Shown piece after piece: positions 37,501 through 48,679 of a DNA stretch of 64,000 nucleotides. The stretch is from the NCBI GenBank assembly GCA_017500935.1, contig JAFVXW010000074.1, forward strand, positions 72,131-136,130, read 5' to 3'. Every line of letters starts with the position of its first letter. Position 1 is the stretch's first letter. The notes beneath the pieces are model-generated. The model was not told the origin of the DNA. It was given only the letters and a program-made list of their open reading frames with translations, and ran no database searches. The translations under genes and the position numbers were made by a program. The stretch is from Lachnospiraceae bacterium. GTDB lineage: Bacteria > Bacillota > Clostridia > Lachnospirales > Lachnospiraceae.

Positions 37501-38976
37501 ATGAGAGGAATTGATACCCCTGTTCGCAAGATACGCAGAGAAGTTTTTAAAGAAATTGCGAATCTTGCCTATCATTCAGAGAATCTGATCGGAGATATGG
37601 AGGCGCTGCCTTACAAGATCATCCAGACAGACAGCCCTAAGTACCGCGAGAGTATCTATCGGGAAAGAGCAATCGTAAGAGAACAGCTTCGTCTTGCCAT
37701 GGGATTGTCACTGCGTCCGGAGCATGTACCGGTTCATCTGACTCAGGGTCTGAAAGAAAGTGATATTGATGAAAAATATTATGAGCCGCCGCTTATGCAG
37801 GTGATTCCGTCAGCATGTAACTGCTGCCCGGAGAATGACTATAAGATCACCGAGCGCTGTATGGGCTGTGTGGCACATCCCTGCCGGGAAGTGTGTCCCA
37901 AGGGAGCCATCAGTATGGTAAACGGCAAGTCTTACATTGATCAGGAAAAATGTATCCGCTGCGGCAAATGTAAAGCCATTTGTCCCTACGATGCGATTTC
38001 TCATCAGGTAAGACCCTGTTCTGCGGCATGCGGCGTGGGAGCGATTGAAAGTGATGAGCTGGGAAGAGCAGCCATTGACGAGGAAAAATGTGTCTCCTGC
38101 GGTATGTGTATGGTAAGCTGTCCTTTTGGTGCGATTGCAGATAAATCCCAGATTTTTCAGCTGATCCGCGCGATTCAGTCCGGAAGAAAGATCATTGCAC
38201 AGGTTGCACCGGCATTTGTGGGACAGTTTGGTCCCAAAGTAACACCCGGCAAGTTTAAGACCGCATTAAAACAGCTGGGATTTGCGGATGTCTATGAGAC
38301 CGCGATCGGCGCCGATTTGGGAGCTATGGCGGAAGCTGAGCATTATGTGGAAGAAGTGGCAACCGGTAAACTGCCGTTTTTGCTGACTTCCTGCTGCCCG
38401 TCCTGGTCTGTGCTTGCCAAGAAATATTTTCCGGAGACCATTGACAAGATTTCCAACGAGCTGACGCCCATGGTGGCAACGGCACGTATTATTAAGGAAG
38501 AAAATCCGGATGCATCGGTGGTGTTCATCGGCCCCTGCGCATCCAAGAAGCTGGAAGCATCCAGAAGATCCGTTCGTTCCGATGTGGATTTTGTCATTAC
38601 TTTTGAAGAGCTTTCCGGTATGTTTGAAGCAAAAGGCATTGATCCGGAGACGATAGAATCGGAAACACCCGTTGAAGACGCTACTGCCATCGGACGCGGA
38701 TACGGTGTCGCGGGCGGTGTTGCCGGAGCGATCGAAAAATGCATCCGTCAGACACATCCCGAAGTGGATGTAATGATTGAGCATGCGGAAGGGCTGGCAG
38801 AGTGTAAAAAGATGCTTTTGCTTGCCAAAGCAGGCAGAAAAGACGGCTGTCTGATCGAAGGGATGGCATGTCCCGGCGGCTGTATTGCCGGAGCGGGAAC
38901 CAATATCGCACTGAATCAGGCGATAAAGGAAATCAATAATTTTAAAGCGGCATCACCCAGGAAAATGCCCCTTTGA
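37501..38976 (+). CDS. Monomeric [FeFe]-hydrogenase (group B-like) with ferredoxin domains
   Basis: H-cluster motifs TSCCPSW, GPCASKKLE, EGMACPGGC; several CxxCxxCxxxCP clusters. Confidence 0.88.
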   Translation: MRGIDTPVRKIRREVFKEIANLAYHSENLIGDMEALPYKIIQTDSPKYRESIYRERAIVREQLRLAMGLSLRPEHVPVHLTQGLKESDIDEKYYEPPLMQVIPSACNCCPENDYKITERCMGCVAHPCREVCPKGAISMVNGKSYIDQEKCIRCGKCKAICPYDAISHQVRPCSAACGVGAIESDELGRAAIDEEKCVSCGMCMVSCPFGAIADKSQIFQLIRAIQSGRKIIAQVAPAFVGQFGPKVTPGKFKTALKQLGFADVYETAIGADLGAMAEAEHYVEEVATGKLPFLLTSCCPSWSVLAKKYFPETIDKISNELTPMVATARIIKEENPDASVVFIGPCASKKLEASRRSVRSDVDFVITFEELSGMFEAKGIDPETIESETPVEDATAIGRGYGVAGGVAGAIEKCIRQTHPEVDVMIEHAEGLAECKKMLLLAKAGRKDGCLIEGMACPGGCIAGAGTNIALNQAIKEINNFKAASPRKMPL

Positions 38977-39036
38977 GTGAGTAAGTAATTAAAAAAATGC
39001 GGCAGTTTGCCGCGGTATAAAAACTGGAGGAAAAAA

Positions 39037-40491
39037 ATGAGCAAGATCAAAACACGTTTTGCACCCAGCCCCACAGGACGGATGCATGTAGGTAATTTAA
39101 GAACTGCACTTTACGCATATCTGATCGCCAAGCATGAAGGCGGCGATTTTATGCTGAGAATCGAAGATACCGATCAGGAGCGTCTTGTTGAGGGCGCAGT
39201 GGATATCATTTACAGAACACTGGAAAAGACCGGTCTGATCCATGACGAAGGCCCCGATAAAGACGGCGGTGTAGGCCCTTATGTACAGAGTGAGAGACAG
39301 GCTTCCGGTATTTATCTGGAATATGCAAAGATGCTGATCGAAAAAGGTGAGGCATATTACTGTTTCTGTGACAAGGAACGTCTGGCTTCTTTGACCTGCG
39401 AAGTGGGCGGCAAGGAAATCAACGTTTACGACAAACACTGTCTGCACCTTTCCAAAGAAGAAGTGGAAGCAAAGCTTGCAGCAGGTGTACCTTACGTAAT
39501 CCGTCAGAATACTCCCAATGAAGGAACCACCACTTTCCACGATGAGATTTACGGCGATATCACCGTAGACAACTCCGAACTGGATGACATGATCCTGATC
39601 AAATCCGACGGATTCCCTACCTACAACTTTGCAAACGTTGTGGATGACCATACCATGGGCATCACCCACGTAGTACGCGGCAACGAATATCTGTCTTCCT
39701 CTCCCAAATACAACCGTCTTTACGATGCATTTGGCTGGGAAGTTCCCGTATACATTCACTGTCCTCTGATCACCGACGAAGAGCACCACAAGCTTTCCAA
39801 GCGCTGCGGTCATTCTTCCTACGAAGATCTGATCGAACAGGGCTTTTTGACAGAAGCGATCGTAAACTTCGTGGCACTGCTTGGCTGCAGCCCTGAAGGC
39901 GACAACGAAATCTTCTCTCTGGAAGAGCTGGTGAAGGTATTCGATTACAGACGTATGTCCAAGTCCCCTGCCGTATTTGACTACACCAAGTTAAAATGGA
40001 TGAACGGCGAATACATCAAGGCTATGGATTTTGACAAGTTCTTTGAAATGGCGAAGCCTTATCTGGAAAAGGCACTGACCAAGGGACAGGACCTTGTAAA
40101 AGTGGCAGAGATGGTTAAGACCCGTATCGAAGTATTCCCTGATATCTATGATCTGGTAGATTTCTTTGAGACACTGCCCGAATACGATATCGCAATGTAC
40201 ACCCACAAAAAGATGAAGACCAATGCGCAGACAAGCCTTGAAGTATTAAAAGACCTGCTGCCCATTCTGGAAGCACAGGAAGATTATTCCAACGATGCGC
40301 TGTATCAGACTCTGCTTGCATATGTGGCTGAAAAAGGCGTTAAGAACGGCTATGTTCTGTGGCCTGTAAGAACCGCAGTTTCCGGCAAACAGATGACTCC
40401 CGCCGGTGCAACCGAGATCATGGAGATCATCGGCAAGGAAGAATCCATTGCAAGAATCCGCAAGGGTATTGAACTTCTGGAGAACGCATAA
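39037..40491 (+). CDS. gltX: Glutamate--tRNA ligase
   Basis: [30 protein letters not shown]; highly biased codon usage. Confidence 0.96.
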   Translation: MSKIKTRFAPSPTGRMHVGNLRTALYAYLIAKHEGGDFMLRIEDTDQERLVEGAVDIIYRTLEKTGLIHDEGPDKDGGVGPYVQSERQASGIYLEYAKMLIEKGEAYYCFCDKERLASLTCEVGGKEINVYDKHCLHLSKEEVEAKLAAGVPYVIRQNTPNEGTTTFHDEIYGDITVDNSELDDMILIKSDGFPTYNFANVVDDHTMGITHVVRGNEYLSSSPKYNRLYDAFGWEVPVYIHCPLITDEEHHKLSKRCGHSSYEDLIEQGFLTEAIVNFVALLGCSPEGDNEIFSLEELVKVFDYRRMSKSPAVFDYTKLKWMNGEYIKAMDFDKFFEMAKPYLEKALTKGQDLVKVAEMVKTRIEVFPDIYDLVDFFETLPEYDIAMYTHKKMKTNAQTSLEVLKDLLPILEAQEDYSNDALYQTLLAYVAEKGVKNGYVLWPVRTAVSGKQMTPAGATEIMEIIGKEESIARIRKGIELLENA

Positions 40492-40536
40492 GCTTCTGTA
40501 CAGGTTTTACTGATTTTATATTTGACATAAAAAGAT

Positions 40537-42576
40537 ATGACTGAGAACTTAACAGGTAATCAGGATCAGCAGAAAGCAATCATTCTGAATCGCGGACCGG
40601 CACTTATTCTTGCCGGTCCCGGTTCCGGAAAGACATTTACCATCGTGGAGCGGATCAGGTATCTGATCACGCATCATGGTGTGAATGCAGAGAATATTCT
40701 GGTGGTCACATTTACGAAAGCAGCAGCCCGGCAGATGCGGGAGCGCTTTCAGACGCGGATGGGAGGCATGGCCTGTCCGGTCAATTTTGGAACATTTCAT
40801 GCAGTCTTTTATCATATTTTGCAAACTTCAGCATCATATCGTTCTGATGTAGTTCTTTCCGAGAAAGAGAAAAAAGAATATTTACAGCGCGTTCTTCTGA
40901 CGATGCAGGAGGACTTTTCAAAGTACGATCCTGTCAAACAGGCTGCTTTGCAGTCTGCAGAAGGTTTTTTTGAACCGACAGACAATCTTGCGGAAAAATA
41001 TATGGACCCGGAATGGTTAAAAGGCCTTTTGGGAGAATTTGGCTTTGTCAAAAATGCCGGAAAAATACCGGAGGGCTTTTCCAGTGATTTTTTGGAGCTG
41101 CCCGTTTTTAAAAAAGCGTTTTTGTGTTTTCAGAAAAACATCCATCAGGAAGGCCGGATGGATTTTGATGATTTTGCATCTCATTGTCTGCATTTGTTTC
41201 AGACCAAAAAAGAAGTGCTGGAAAGATGGCAGGATAAATTTCAATATATTCTGGTGGATGAATTTCAGGATATTAACCCCACCCAGTATGAGGTGGTAAA
41301 TCTTCTGGCAGCAAAGCATAAAAATCTGTTTGTGGTGGGAGATGACGATCAGTCCATTTATGGCTTCAGGGCATCAGACCCCAAGATCATGCAGCAGTTT
41401 TACGCAGATTATCCGGAGGCGGTCCGGATCGATCTTTCCATCAATTACCGCTGCGCGCCGGGAATCGTGGATCTGGCAGGGCGGCTGATCTCGGTGAACA
41501 AACAGCGTTTTTCAAAGACGATCCGATGCGGGAAAAAACAGGCAGTGAAACAGACTTTGCAGCTGCCGGATCAGATACAGCGAAAGTCTGCTCAGGCAGA
41601 AATGCGTTTTGCAGAAGCCTCAAACATCTGGAAACCCCTGACAGCTGACAATAGTGTTGTGATCGGCGGTTTTACAGACCGGATGCAGCAGGCAGCTGCG
41701 ATTGCCGAAAAACTGAAAACAATCCGGGAGCAGGCACAGAACAAAGAAGCAGCCGTTATTTTCCGCACCAATACGGATGCTTTGCCTGTGGCAGAGGCGT
41801 TGAGCAAAGCAGGACTGCCTTTTTTCATTCAGGAACAGATAAAAAGTCCCTATGACCACTTTGTGTGTCAGGATTTACTGGCATATCTGCGTTTTGCGCA
41901 TATGGGACAAAAGCGAAGCGATTTTTACCGGATCATGAACCGGCCGGTGCGGTATCTGTCCAGACAGGCTGTTTTGAAGCCTGAAGTGGAATGGGAAGAA
42001 TTGCTGTCTTTTTATAAAGAAAAAAGCTGGATGCTGCCGCTGATCGAAAAGTGCAAAAAAGATATCGGCCTGCTGGCCGGAATGGATCTGTATGCAGGCA
42101 TATACTATATCCGCTGCGGTATCGGATATGATGCGTGGATGGAGAAAAATCTGACCGGCGAAGCCAAAAAACAGGCTTTTGAAATGGCTGATTTTTTGAA
42201 AAACAGTGTGAAGGATTTTGTTTCCCTGGAATCATTTCTGCAGCATGTGGAAGACTATGAAAAACAGCTGGAGGCATCCAACCGGAAAAAAGGAGAAATC
42301 CAGAAGGGCAAAATTGCACTGCTGACCATACACGGGGCCAAAGGTCTGGAATTTGACCATGTTTTTTTGCCGGACTGCAACGAGGGGATCATTCCGCACA
42401 AAAAGAGTATGAAGGCTGATGAAGTGGAAGAAGAACGCAGGATGTTCTATGTGGGAATGACGCGGGCAAAAGAAAAATTGTATCTGGGATGGGGCATGGG
42501 AACAGCGGATAATCCGGGATTTATTTCGCGTTTTCTGGCGGATCTGGGCTATCGTGAGCCGTGGAGAAATTCCTGA
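40537..42576 (+). CDS. UvrD/PcrA-family ATP-dependent DNA helicase
   Basis: AGPGSGKT, VDEFQD, VGDDDQSIYGFR, TIHGAKGLEF, EEERRMFYVGMTRAK. Confidence 0.92.
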   Translation: MTENLTGNQDQQKAIILNRGPALILAGPGSGKTFTIVERIRYLITHHGVNAENILVVTFTKAAARQMRERFQTRMGGMACPVNFGTFHAVFYHILQTSASYRSDVVLSEKEKKEYLQRVLLTMQEDFSKYDPVKQAALQSAEGFFEPTDNLAEKYMDPEWLKGLLGEFGFVKNAGKIPEGFSSDFLELPVFKKAFLCFQKNIHQEGRMDFDDFASHCLHLFQTKKEVLERWQDKFQYILVDEFQDINPTQYEVVNLLAAKHKNLFVVGDDDQSIYGFRASDPKIMQQFYADYPEAVRIDLSINYRCAPGIVDLAGRLISVNKQRFSKTIRCGKKQAVKQTLQLPDQIQRKSAQAEMRFAEASNIWKPLTADNSVVIGGFTDRMQQAAAIAEKLKTIREQAQNKEAAVIFRTNTDALPVAEALSKAGLPFFIQEQIKSPYDHFVCQDLLAYLRFAHMGQKRSDFYRIMNRPVRYLSRQAVLKPEVEWEELLSFYKEKSWMLPLIEKCKKDIGLLAGMDLYAGIYYIRCGIGYDAWMEKNLTGEAKKQAFEMADFLKNSVKDFVSLESFLQHVEDYEKQLEASNRKKGEIQKGKIALLTIHGAKGLEFDHVFLPDCNEGIIPHKKSMKADEVEEERRMFYVGMTRAKEKLYLGWGMGTADNPGFISRFLADLGYREPWRNS

Positions 42577-42585
42577 TTTTTCCTC

Positions 42586-42633
42586 TTTACACAAGAACAT
42601 TTGTTTGGTATATTATAAACAAACAAATGTTCG
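42586..42633 (+). promoter_or_regulatory. SOS promoter with two LexA/DinR boxes
   Basis: TTTACA-N17-TATATT; AGAACATTTGTTTG (42594-42607) and CAAACAAATGTTCG (42620-42633). Confidence 0.8.
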
Positions 42634-42651
42634 AAAGAGGGTGAAGAGGAA

Positions 42652-42921
42652 TTGGAAGCTGTCAATATTCCGATCCAGATGATATGTGCGGTGGACACCA
42701 CTGGCAGGATCAATCCGCTGCGGTTTCGTTACGAGACGGCGGAGCACATGATCCGAAGTGTGGATGTGGAGCAGGTGATTTCCAGAGATGAGAAGAATTT
42801 TGTGGGAATCCGGGAAAAACAGTATATTTGTGCGGTGCAGATGGGGGAGATGTACAGGACAGTGGAAATCCGTTTTCATGTGGAGAGTCAGAAATGGAGA
42901 ATATACCGGTTCCTTTCGTGA
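42652..42921 (+). CDS. Small hypothetical protein, first gene of the SOS operon
   Basis: RBS then TTG start; GTGA overlap with the polymerase gene. Confidence 0.7.
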   Translation: MEAVNIPIQMICAVDTTGRINPLRFRYETAEHMIRSVDVEQVISRDEKNFVGIREKQYICAVQMGEMYRTVEIRFHVESQKWRIYRFLS

Positions 42922-44153
42922 GGAACAGCCCTGTCACGATCTTTCATGTGGATGTCAACAGTGCCTTTTTAAGCTGGAGTGCCGCATACCGGGTTCATAT
43001 TCTGGGAGAGCAGACTGATCTGCGCAGGATTCCCAGTATTGTAGGCGGTGACCAGTCAAAGCGGCACGGGATCGTACTGGCAAAGAGCACTCCGGCTAAG
43101 CAGTACGGAATCCAGACCGGAGAAGCGATTGTAACAGCCCGGGAGAAATGTCCTAATCTTGTGGTGGTTTCTCCGGATTATGATCTTTATGTAAAGGCAT
43201 CCGATGCCTTTATCCAAAAGCTTAAAGCCTGTTCGGACAATGTGATCCAGTACAGCATTGATGAAGCATGGGCTGTTTTTGAGGGGTATGAGACCTTATA
43301 CGGGCGCGGACAGATGGTTCGTTTTGCCCATCAGTTAAAGGATGAGATCAGGGAAGAACTGGGATTTACCGTAAATATCGGTGTGTCTGATAATTTTCTG
43401 CTTTCCAAGATGGCGGGTGATTTTTCAAAACCGGATAAAGTACACACCTTATTTCCGGAGGAGATACCGGTAAAGATGTGGCCGCTTCCGGTTTCGGATC
43501 TGTTTTTTGTGGGAAAGGCAACAGCAGCCAGGCTTCACAGGCTGGGAATTTATACGATAGGAGAACTGGCATGTGCAGATGAAGATATGATCCGCGCACA
43601 TCTTCATCTTTGCGGCAGTATTGTGCAGGGGTATGCAAGAGGGAAAGACCTGTCAGAGTGTATGTTTACCCATGCTCCCAACAAAGGCTATGGCAACAGC
43701 ATGACGGCTCCTGTGGATGTCACGGATGCAGAGTATGCACGCCATTTACTGTTATCTTTATGTGAGACGGTTGGGAGCCGGATACGTGCTGATCATGCGC
43801 AGATCAGTGCGGTCAGCGTACACATTACTTCCTGCGAATTTGTGCGTGAGAGTACACAGATGCAGCTTATGACAGCGACGAATGTAACCGAAGAGATCTA
43901 TCGGGCTGCCTGTCAGCTTTTTGACAGACTATGGGACCGCAAAACCCCGATCCGGCAGATTGGTGTGCATACAGCCAGGGTATCTCATGACAGCGGCAGA
44001 CAGTATAATATGTTTGATATGGATAAATTTGACCGTTTGGAGGTCCTGAATCATACAGTAGACGAAATACGTGCCAGATATGGGAAAGAAGCGGTCATGA
44101 GGGCCAGTTTTGCAGGGGAGGATGAGTATGTGCGGCAGATTTTACGTAGATGA
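42918..44153 (+). CDS. dinB: Y-family DNA polymerase (Pol IV/DinB-like)
   Basis: FHVDVNSAF, YSIDEA, KMAGDFSKPD, IRQIGV; GTG start. Confidence 0.9.
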   Translation: MRNSPVTIFHVDVNSAFLSWSAAYRVHILGEQTDLRRIPSIVGGDQSKRHGIVLAKSTPAKQYGIQTGEAIVTAREKCPNLVVVSPDYDLYVKASDAFIQKLKACSDNVIQYSIDEAWAVFEGYETLYGRGQMVRFAHQLKDEIREELGFTVNIGVSDNFLLSKMAGDFSKPDKVHTLFPEEIPVKMWPLPVSDLFFVGKATAARLHRLGIYTIGELACADEDMIRAHLHLCGSIVQGYARGKDLSECMFTHAPNKGYGNSMTAPVDVTDAEYARHLLLSLCETVGSRIRADHAQISAVSVHITSCEFVRESTQMQLMTATNVTEEIYRAACQLFDRLWDRKTPIRQIGVHTARVSHDSGRQYNMFDMDKFDRLEVLNHTVDEIRARYGKEAVMRASFAGEDEYVRQILRR

Positions 44154-44769
44154 TGATACGATGCGGGAGATTGAGCGTATTGCGCGAAAGATAGACAGAC
44201 AGCGGGCAAAGACCGGAGAAGTGTTTCCTGCGCAGCCTGCGCTGGTGATCCAGACACTGCAGGGGGAGCTTGAAGCTCATGTGAAACAGTGGGGGTATGA
44301 GCGGACCGGAACAAAATCGGTCATTTTCAATGTCAGATCAGAAACCGTACAGCAAAGACCGATGTTTGACAGAGATTTTGAAATACATCGCTGCGTGGTT
44401 CCTGCGGGAAAGTTTTTTGAATGGAAAAAAAGCGGAGAAAAAGAGAAAGAAAAGTATGAATTTTATGATCCTGCCGGAATTTTGTATATGGCGGGCATTT
44501 ATCACCGTGATCCTTCCGGGGACAGATTTGCAGTTCTGACACAGAAGGCACAGGGATATATGGAAGGAATCCATGATCGTATGCCTTTGGTTCTGACAGC
44601 GGATGAGATCAGCGAGTGGCTTTTTTCAAAGGAAAAAGCTGTTAAGATACTGGAAGGTTCTTATGTGCCGCTGTGCAGCCGCAAAAACGCTGAGGAGAAA
44701 AGGGATAACACCAAAAATGCAGGCACTTTTGGTGCCTGCACAGGGTATGAACAGCTTAAGTTGTTTTAA
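44128..44769 (+). CDS. SOS response-associated peptidase (SRAP/YedK)
   Basis: N-terminal MCGRF, NVRSET, FFEW, IHDRMP. Confidence 0.92.
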   Translation: MCGRFYVDDDTMREIERIARKIDRQRAKTGEVFPAQPALVIQTLQGELEAHVKQWGYERTGTKSVIFNVRSETVQQRPMFDRDFEIHRCVVPAGKFFEWKKSGEKEKEKYEFYDPAGILYMAGIYHRDPSGDRFAVLTQKAQGYMEGIHDRMPLVLTADEISEWLFSKEKAVKILEGSYVPLCSRKNAEEKRDNTKNAGTFGACTGYEQLKLF

Positions 44770-44804
44770 CTGTTAAAGGAGAGCGCTTGGAAGCATACGC
44801 ATTT

Positions 44805-45128
44805 TTATGCTTCGTCAGCGTCTACCAGCTCGTCAAATTCGCAGCTGTCAAGATATTCGTCGAAAGCTTCTTCTGCCTTTTCGTATTCTTCGTCATCCTC
44901 AATGTATTCGATTTCAGGTTCTTCGTTGGGATCATCGGGATTTTCGCTGTAACGGTAGATCCATACTTCGCCGTCATCGTTCTGACCGTTTTCATCCAGC
45001 GGCATAAGAACGATATAGTCACGGCCTTCCACTTCCAGAATGGTGATGATCGCACAGGTAACAGTACCTTCATCAAGTTCAAGGGTGACGGTCATTTCTT
45101 CATCGATTTCATCAAATTTTTTGCCCAT
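44805..45128 (-). CDS. DUF1292-domain acidic protein
   Basis: VTLELDEG..YIVL.P..IEDDEEYEKA. Confidence 0.82.
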   Translation of the reverse strand: MGKKFDEIDEEMTVTLELDEGTVTCAIITILEVEGRDYIVLMPLDENGQNDDGEVWIYRYSENPDDPNEEPEIEYIEDDEEYEKAEEAFDEYLDSCEFDELVDADEA

Positions 45129-45278
45129 AATTAAATTCCTTTCCTGCAGTAACTGTAAAGAGATGCGGCAGTTACGATACGCAATATCTGCTGGTTTCAT
45201 CATACAGGAAGTTTTTGTGTCTTGCAACTGTAAGTTGTGTTATACTGATCTGGAACGAATGGATGGAGGAAACGGATC

Positions 45279-45812
45279 GTGAAGGCGTGGCAGCATTTTA
45301 AGACAATTACATATCATAAATATCTGGTGATGAAAGGATGTTTTGCAGTCGGTCTGTACTGGCAGGGAATCTGTCATGATCTGTCCAAATACAGTCCGGC
45401 GGAGTTTTTGGTGGGTGCCAGGTATTATCAGGGGGACAGAAGTCCCAATAATGCGGAACGGGAAGATATCGGTTATTCTTCCGCATGGCTTCACCATAAA
45501 GGACGCAACCGGCATCATTATGAATACTGGATCGATTACAGCACGCAGGCAGTAAAGGGAGGTATGGCACCGGTTCCGATGCCGGATAAATACATTGCAG
45601 AGATGCTGATGGACAGAATTGCGGCATCAAAAGTGTATAAGGGTGCCGCTTATACCGATGCAGAACCGCTTGCCTATTACCGCAGCGGCAAGGAACCGCC
45701 GATGATTCATCCGCAGACGGCCAAGGTGCTGGAGAAGCTTCTGATCATGCTGGCAGAAAAAGGAGAAAAAGAGACATTTGCTTATGTGAGGCAGGTTTTG
45801 CTGCAACGATAA
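45279..45812 (+). CDS. DUF5662-family HD-like protein
   Basis: HDLSKYSP.EF, AWLHHKGRN.HH.EYW, EM..DRIAA. Confidence 0.8.
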   Translation: MKAWQHFKTITYHKYLVMKGCFAVGLYWQGICHDLSKYSPAEFLVGARYYQGDRSPNNAEREDIGYSSAWLHHKGRNRHHYEYWIDYSTQAVKGGMAPVPMPDKYIAEMLMDRIAASKVYKGAAYTDAEPLAYYRSGKEPPMIHPQTAKVLEKLLIMLAEKGEKETFAYVRQVLLQR

Positions 45813-45861
45813 GAGATGCCTGCATATCATAACAGTATAAGATCAAGGAGATGAAAAGCAT

Positions 45862-46272
45862 ATGAACTGTCTTTTTATTCTTGTACTGTTGGGATGCTGC
45901 GGCAGAGGCCGCATGTGTCAGATGGACCGATGCAGCTGTCAGAGAGCGTGTGAAACGGTTTGTGACAGAAGTTGTGAAAGAAATTGTGAGCGTTCCTGCG
46001 AACACAGATGCGAGCCTGTATATGAGCATGTCTGTGAGACCAGGCGTGAGCCTGCATGTGAATGCAGCTGTGAATCATCCTGTGAACAGCAGGAAAGAAC
46101 CTGCCAGCATACCTGTAAAGAAGAGTGCACAGGCGGCTGTATCGAACCCAGAGGTATGCGTTATGATACCGACATGTGCAGTTATGGACGGATGGATACG
46201 GTGCCGGAAATGAAAAGCTACACCGCAAGACCGTTTCCGATGTATCCTGAAAGCTGCGGATGCAGTGATTAA
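45862..46272 (+). CDS. Cys-rich repeat protein (possible spore coat/exosporium)
   Basis: aaggag RBS; tandem C(E/D)xx repeats. Confidence 0.65.
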   Translation: MNCLFILVLLGCCGRGRMCQMDRCSCQRACETVCDRSCERNCERSCEHRCEPVYEHVCETRREPACECSCESSCEQQERTCQHTCKEECTGGCIEPRGMRYDTDMCSYGRMDTVPEMKSYTARPFPMYPESCGCSD

Positions 46273-46426
46273 CACAGGAAAGACATTTGTTGTGATTGAC
46301 AAGAGAAAACAGTTTGGATAATCTAAAGATAGAAAGACAGATTGTGACCATTATGCGGTCTGAGCAGATTCTGTGCAGGCCGCATAAGAAAGTATACGTA
46401 ACCTGCAGATAAAGGAGAAAAGGCAT

Positions 46427-48679
46427 ATGGCATATGAATTAACACAGCGCTGTGAAAAACTTCGTGCAGAAGCAGTGGATATAAGGGAAATGTCTGAAAA
46501 AGTAAGTCCCCAGTGGGCGTATTGGACCCGTTACGGCCGTTCTTTACTGGATCAGAACTGTCAGCACAGTAATGATGTAATCTGTGCAGCAGGAATCGCA
46601 TCTGTGATCAAAAACGCACCTGCCATCATCGGTGAAGAGGAACTGATCGTAGGTTACAATTTTGGCATCAATGAATTTTTTGAAAGCGGTCTGGATCAGG
46701 ACGGCATCAAAGACAGTATGCGCAAAGCCGGGTTTGACGAAGACCAGATTGACTGGTATCTGGATGATACAGTGCCTGTAGCAAAATATCAGCATCTTGC
46801 GATTGAAAGAGTTCTGACAGAAAAGGAAAAGCAGCTGGAAGCAGAGCTTGCGATCACCAATTCCGATCCTCACAGAAGTATTACGGCCAATCATTCCGTG
46901 ATCGGTTATGAGCAGATCGTAAAGTACGGTTTTGCCGGTATGCTGGAAAAAGTCAATCAGTATGCTGCTGCAAACGGCGAGTGCAGTTTTTATGAAGCAT
47001 TGCGCATGGTATGCGAAGCCGGATGTGAATACGGCAGTAAGTATGCGCAGGAAGCAGAAAAGATCGGCAGAGAAGATATCGCAGCTGTCTGCAGACAGGT
47101 GCCTGCAAATGGCGCCCGCAATTTCCGTGAAGCGGTGCAGGCGTTATGGTTTGCACATATTGTTAACACCTGGGAAGATACGATCAACGCCAATTCCGTT
47201 GGCCGTCTGGATCAGATTTTATATCCTTATTACATAAAAGATATTGAAGATGGTGTTCTGACCAAGCAGGAAGCCTTTGAGATTATCTGTTGTCTGTGGT
47301 TAAAGCTCTATAGAGATTATGATGTGCAGCAGTCCTGCGTGGGCGGACGCAATGCAGATGGCAGCAGTGCGGTTAATGAATTGTCCTATATGATGCTGGA
47401 AGCAACAGAAAAACTTGGTTTTGTGCGCTGTATGTCTGTCAGATTCGATCAGAATACAGATAAAAACTTCCTTTTGCGTGCACTTGAAGTGGTTGGAAAG
47501 GTGCAGAAGGGAATTCCGTTCTTCTTTAACGATGATGTGATGATCCCGGCATTGGTATCTGCAGGTATTCCCTATGAAGATGCCTGCAATTATACCCAGA
47601 TTGGCTGTGTGGAAACGGTAATTCCCGGAAAAGCCAATCCCCATGCCGTTAACTCCAGAACAAATATGTTAAAGGCATTGGAATATGCACTTGCAAATGG
47701 CAAGAGTCTGCATAATCCCGATTGGTGCCCCGGTATGGAAACCGGTGATCCGGCAGCGTTTACTTTTGAAGAGCTTCTGGATGCGTTAAAAAAGCAGATC
47801 GCTTATCTGATCAGGGAAACCATAGATCTGGCTGTTGACTATATGCCCTGGTCCAATTACGGCGATCCCAAACCGGTAAAATCACTTCTGACAGAAGGCT
47901 GTGTTGAAAAAGGTCTTGATTTTAACAATGGCGGTGCATTATATGATTATTATCAGCTGATGCTGGTGGGAATTCCCAACCTTGCCGATTCCCTTGCTGC
48001 CATTAAGAAGTTTGTCTACGATGACAAGCGTTATACACTGCAGGAAGTGATCGACCAGCTTTGCAATAACTGGGAAGATGAAGTGATGCGTACTTATTTC
48101 CAGAAGAGAGCTCCGAAATTCGGCAATGACGTGGAATGGGTGGATCAGCTGGCATTTGATCTGACTGACTTTGCCTGTGACTGTATCGCGGAAGAATCCA
48201 GACGTGTGGGCTACAGCTTCCATGCGCAGCCTTTCACATTCTTATGGATGATCGACCACGGCAGACTGTGCGGTGCCAGTGCAGATGGCAGAAGAGACGG
48301 TGAGATTTTAGCCTACAGCGTATCTCCCATGCAGGGCAGAGACAGCGAAGGTCTGACCGCATTGTTAAACTCTATTTCCAGAATGCCCACCAAAAAGACA
48401 CCCGGAACAACTTCTGCGATTGTGGAGGTAGATCCGCTTTTATTCAATGATAAATATCTGCCTTATCTTGTGGATATGCTGTATGCAGCAGGTGCCAAGG
48501 GCCTGTGCAACGTACAGTTTAACACGGTCAGCGTAGATACTCTTATTGATGCACAAAAACACCCTGAAAAGCACAGAAATCTGGCGGTTCGTGTGTCGGG
48601 CTTCAGTCAGAAATTCAATCTGTTAAGCAGAGAACTGCAGGATCACATCATTGCAAGAACCAAACATGCACAGATGTAA
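46427..48679 (+). CDS. Glycyl radical enzyme (PFL2/GD-like superfamily), substrate unknown
   Basis: GRLDQILYPYY, IGCVE Cys loop, C-terminal NLAVRVSGFS. Confidence 0.88.
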   Translation: MAYELTQRCEKLRAEAVDIREMSEKVSPQWAYWTRYGRSLLDQNCQHSNDVICAAGIASVIKNAPAIIGEEELIVGYNFGINEFFESGLDQDGIKDSMRKAGFDEDQIDWYLDDTVPVAKYQHLAIERVLTEKEKQLEAELAITNSDPHRSITANHSVIGYEQIVKYGFAGMLEKVNQYAAANGECSFYEALRMVCEAGCEYGSKYAQEAEKIGREDIAAVCRQVPANGARNFREAVQALWFAHIVNTWEDTINANSVGRLDQILYPYYIKDIEDGVLTKQEAFEIICCLWLKLYRDYDVQQSCVGGRNADGSSAVNELSYMMLEATEKLGFVRCMSVRFDQNTDKNFLLRALEVVGKVQKGIPFFFNDDVMIPALVSAGIPYEDACNYTQIGCVETVIPGKANPHAVNSRTNMLKALEYALANGKSLHNPDWCPGMETGDPAAFTFEELLDALKKQIAYLIRETIDLAVDYMPWSNYGDPKPVKSLLTEGCVEKGLDFNNGGALYDYYQLMLVGIPNLADSLAAIKKFVYDDKRYTLQEVIDQLCNNWEDEVMRTYFQKRAPKFGNDVEWVDQLAFDLTDFACDCIAEESRRVGYSFHAQPFTFLWMIDHGRLCGASADGRRDGEILAYSVSPMQGRDSEGLTALLNSISRMPTKKTPGTTSAIVEVDPLLFNDKYLPYLVDMLYAAGAKGLCNVQFNTVSVDTLIDAQKHPEKHRNLAVRVSGFSQKFNLLSRELQDHIIARTKHAQM

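Noticed and set aside
39097-39813. 238-aa - strand ORF
   Set aside because: Antisense shadow of codon-biased gltX
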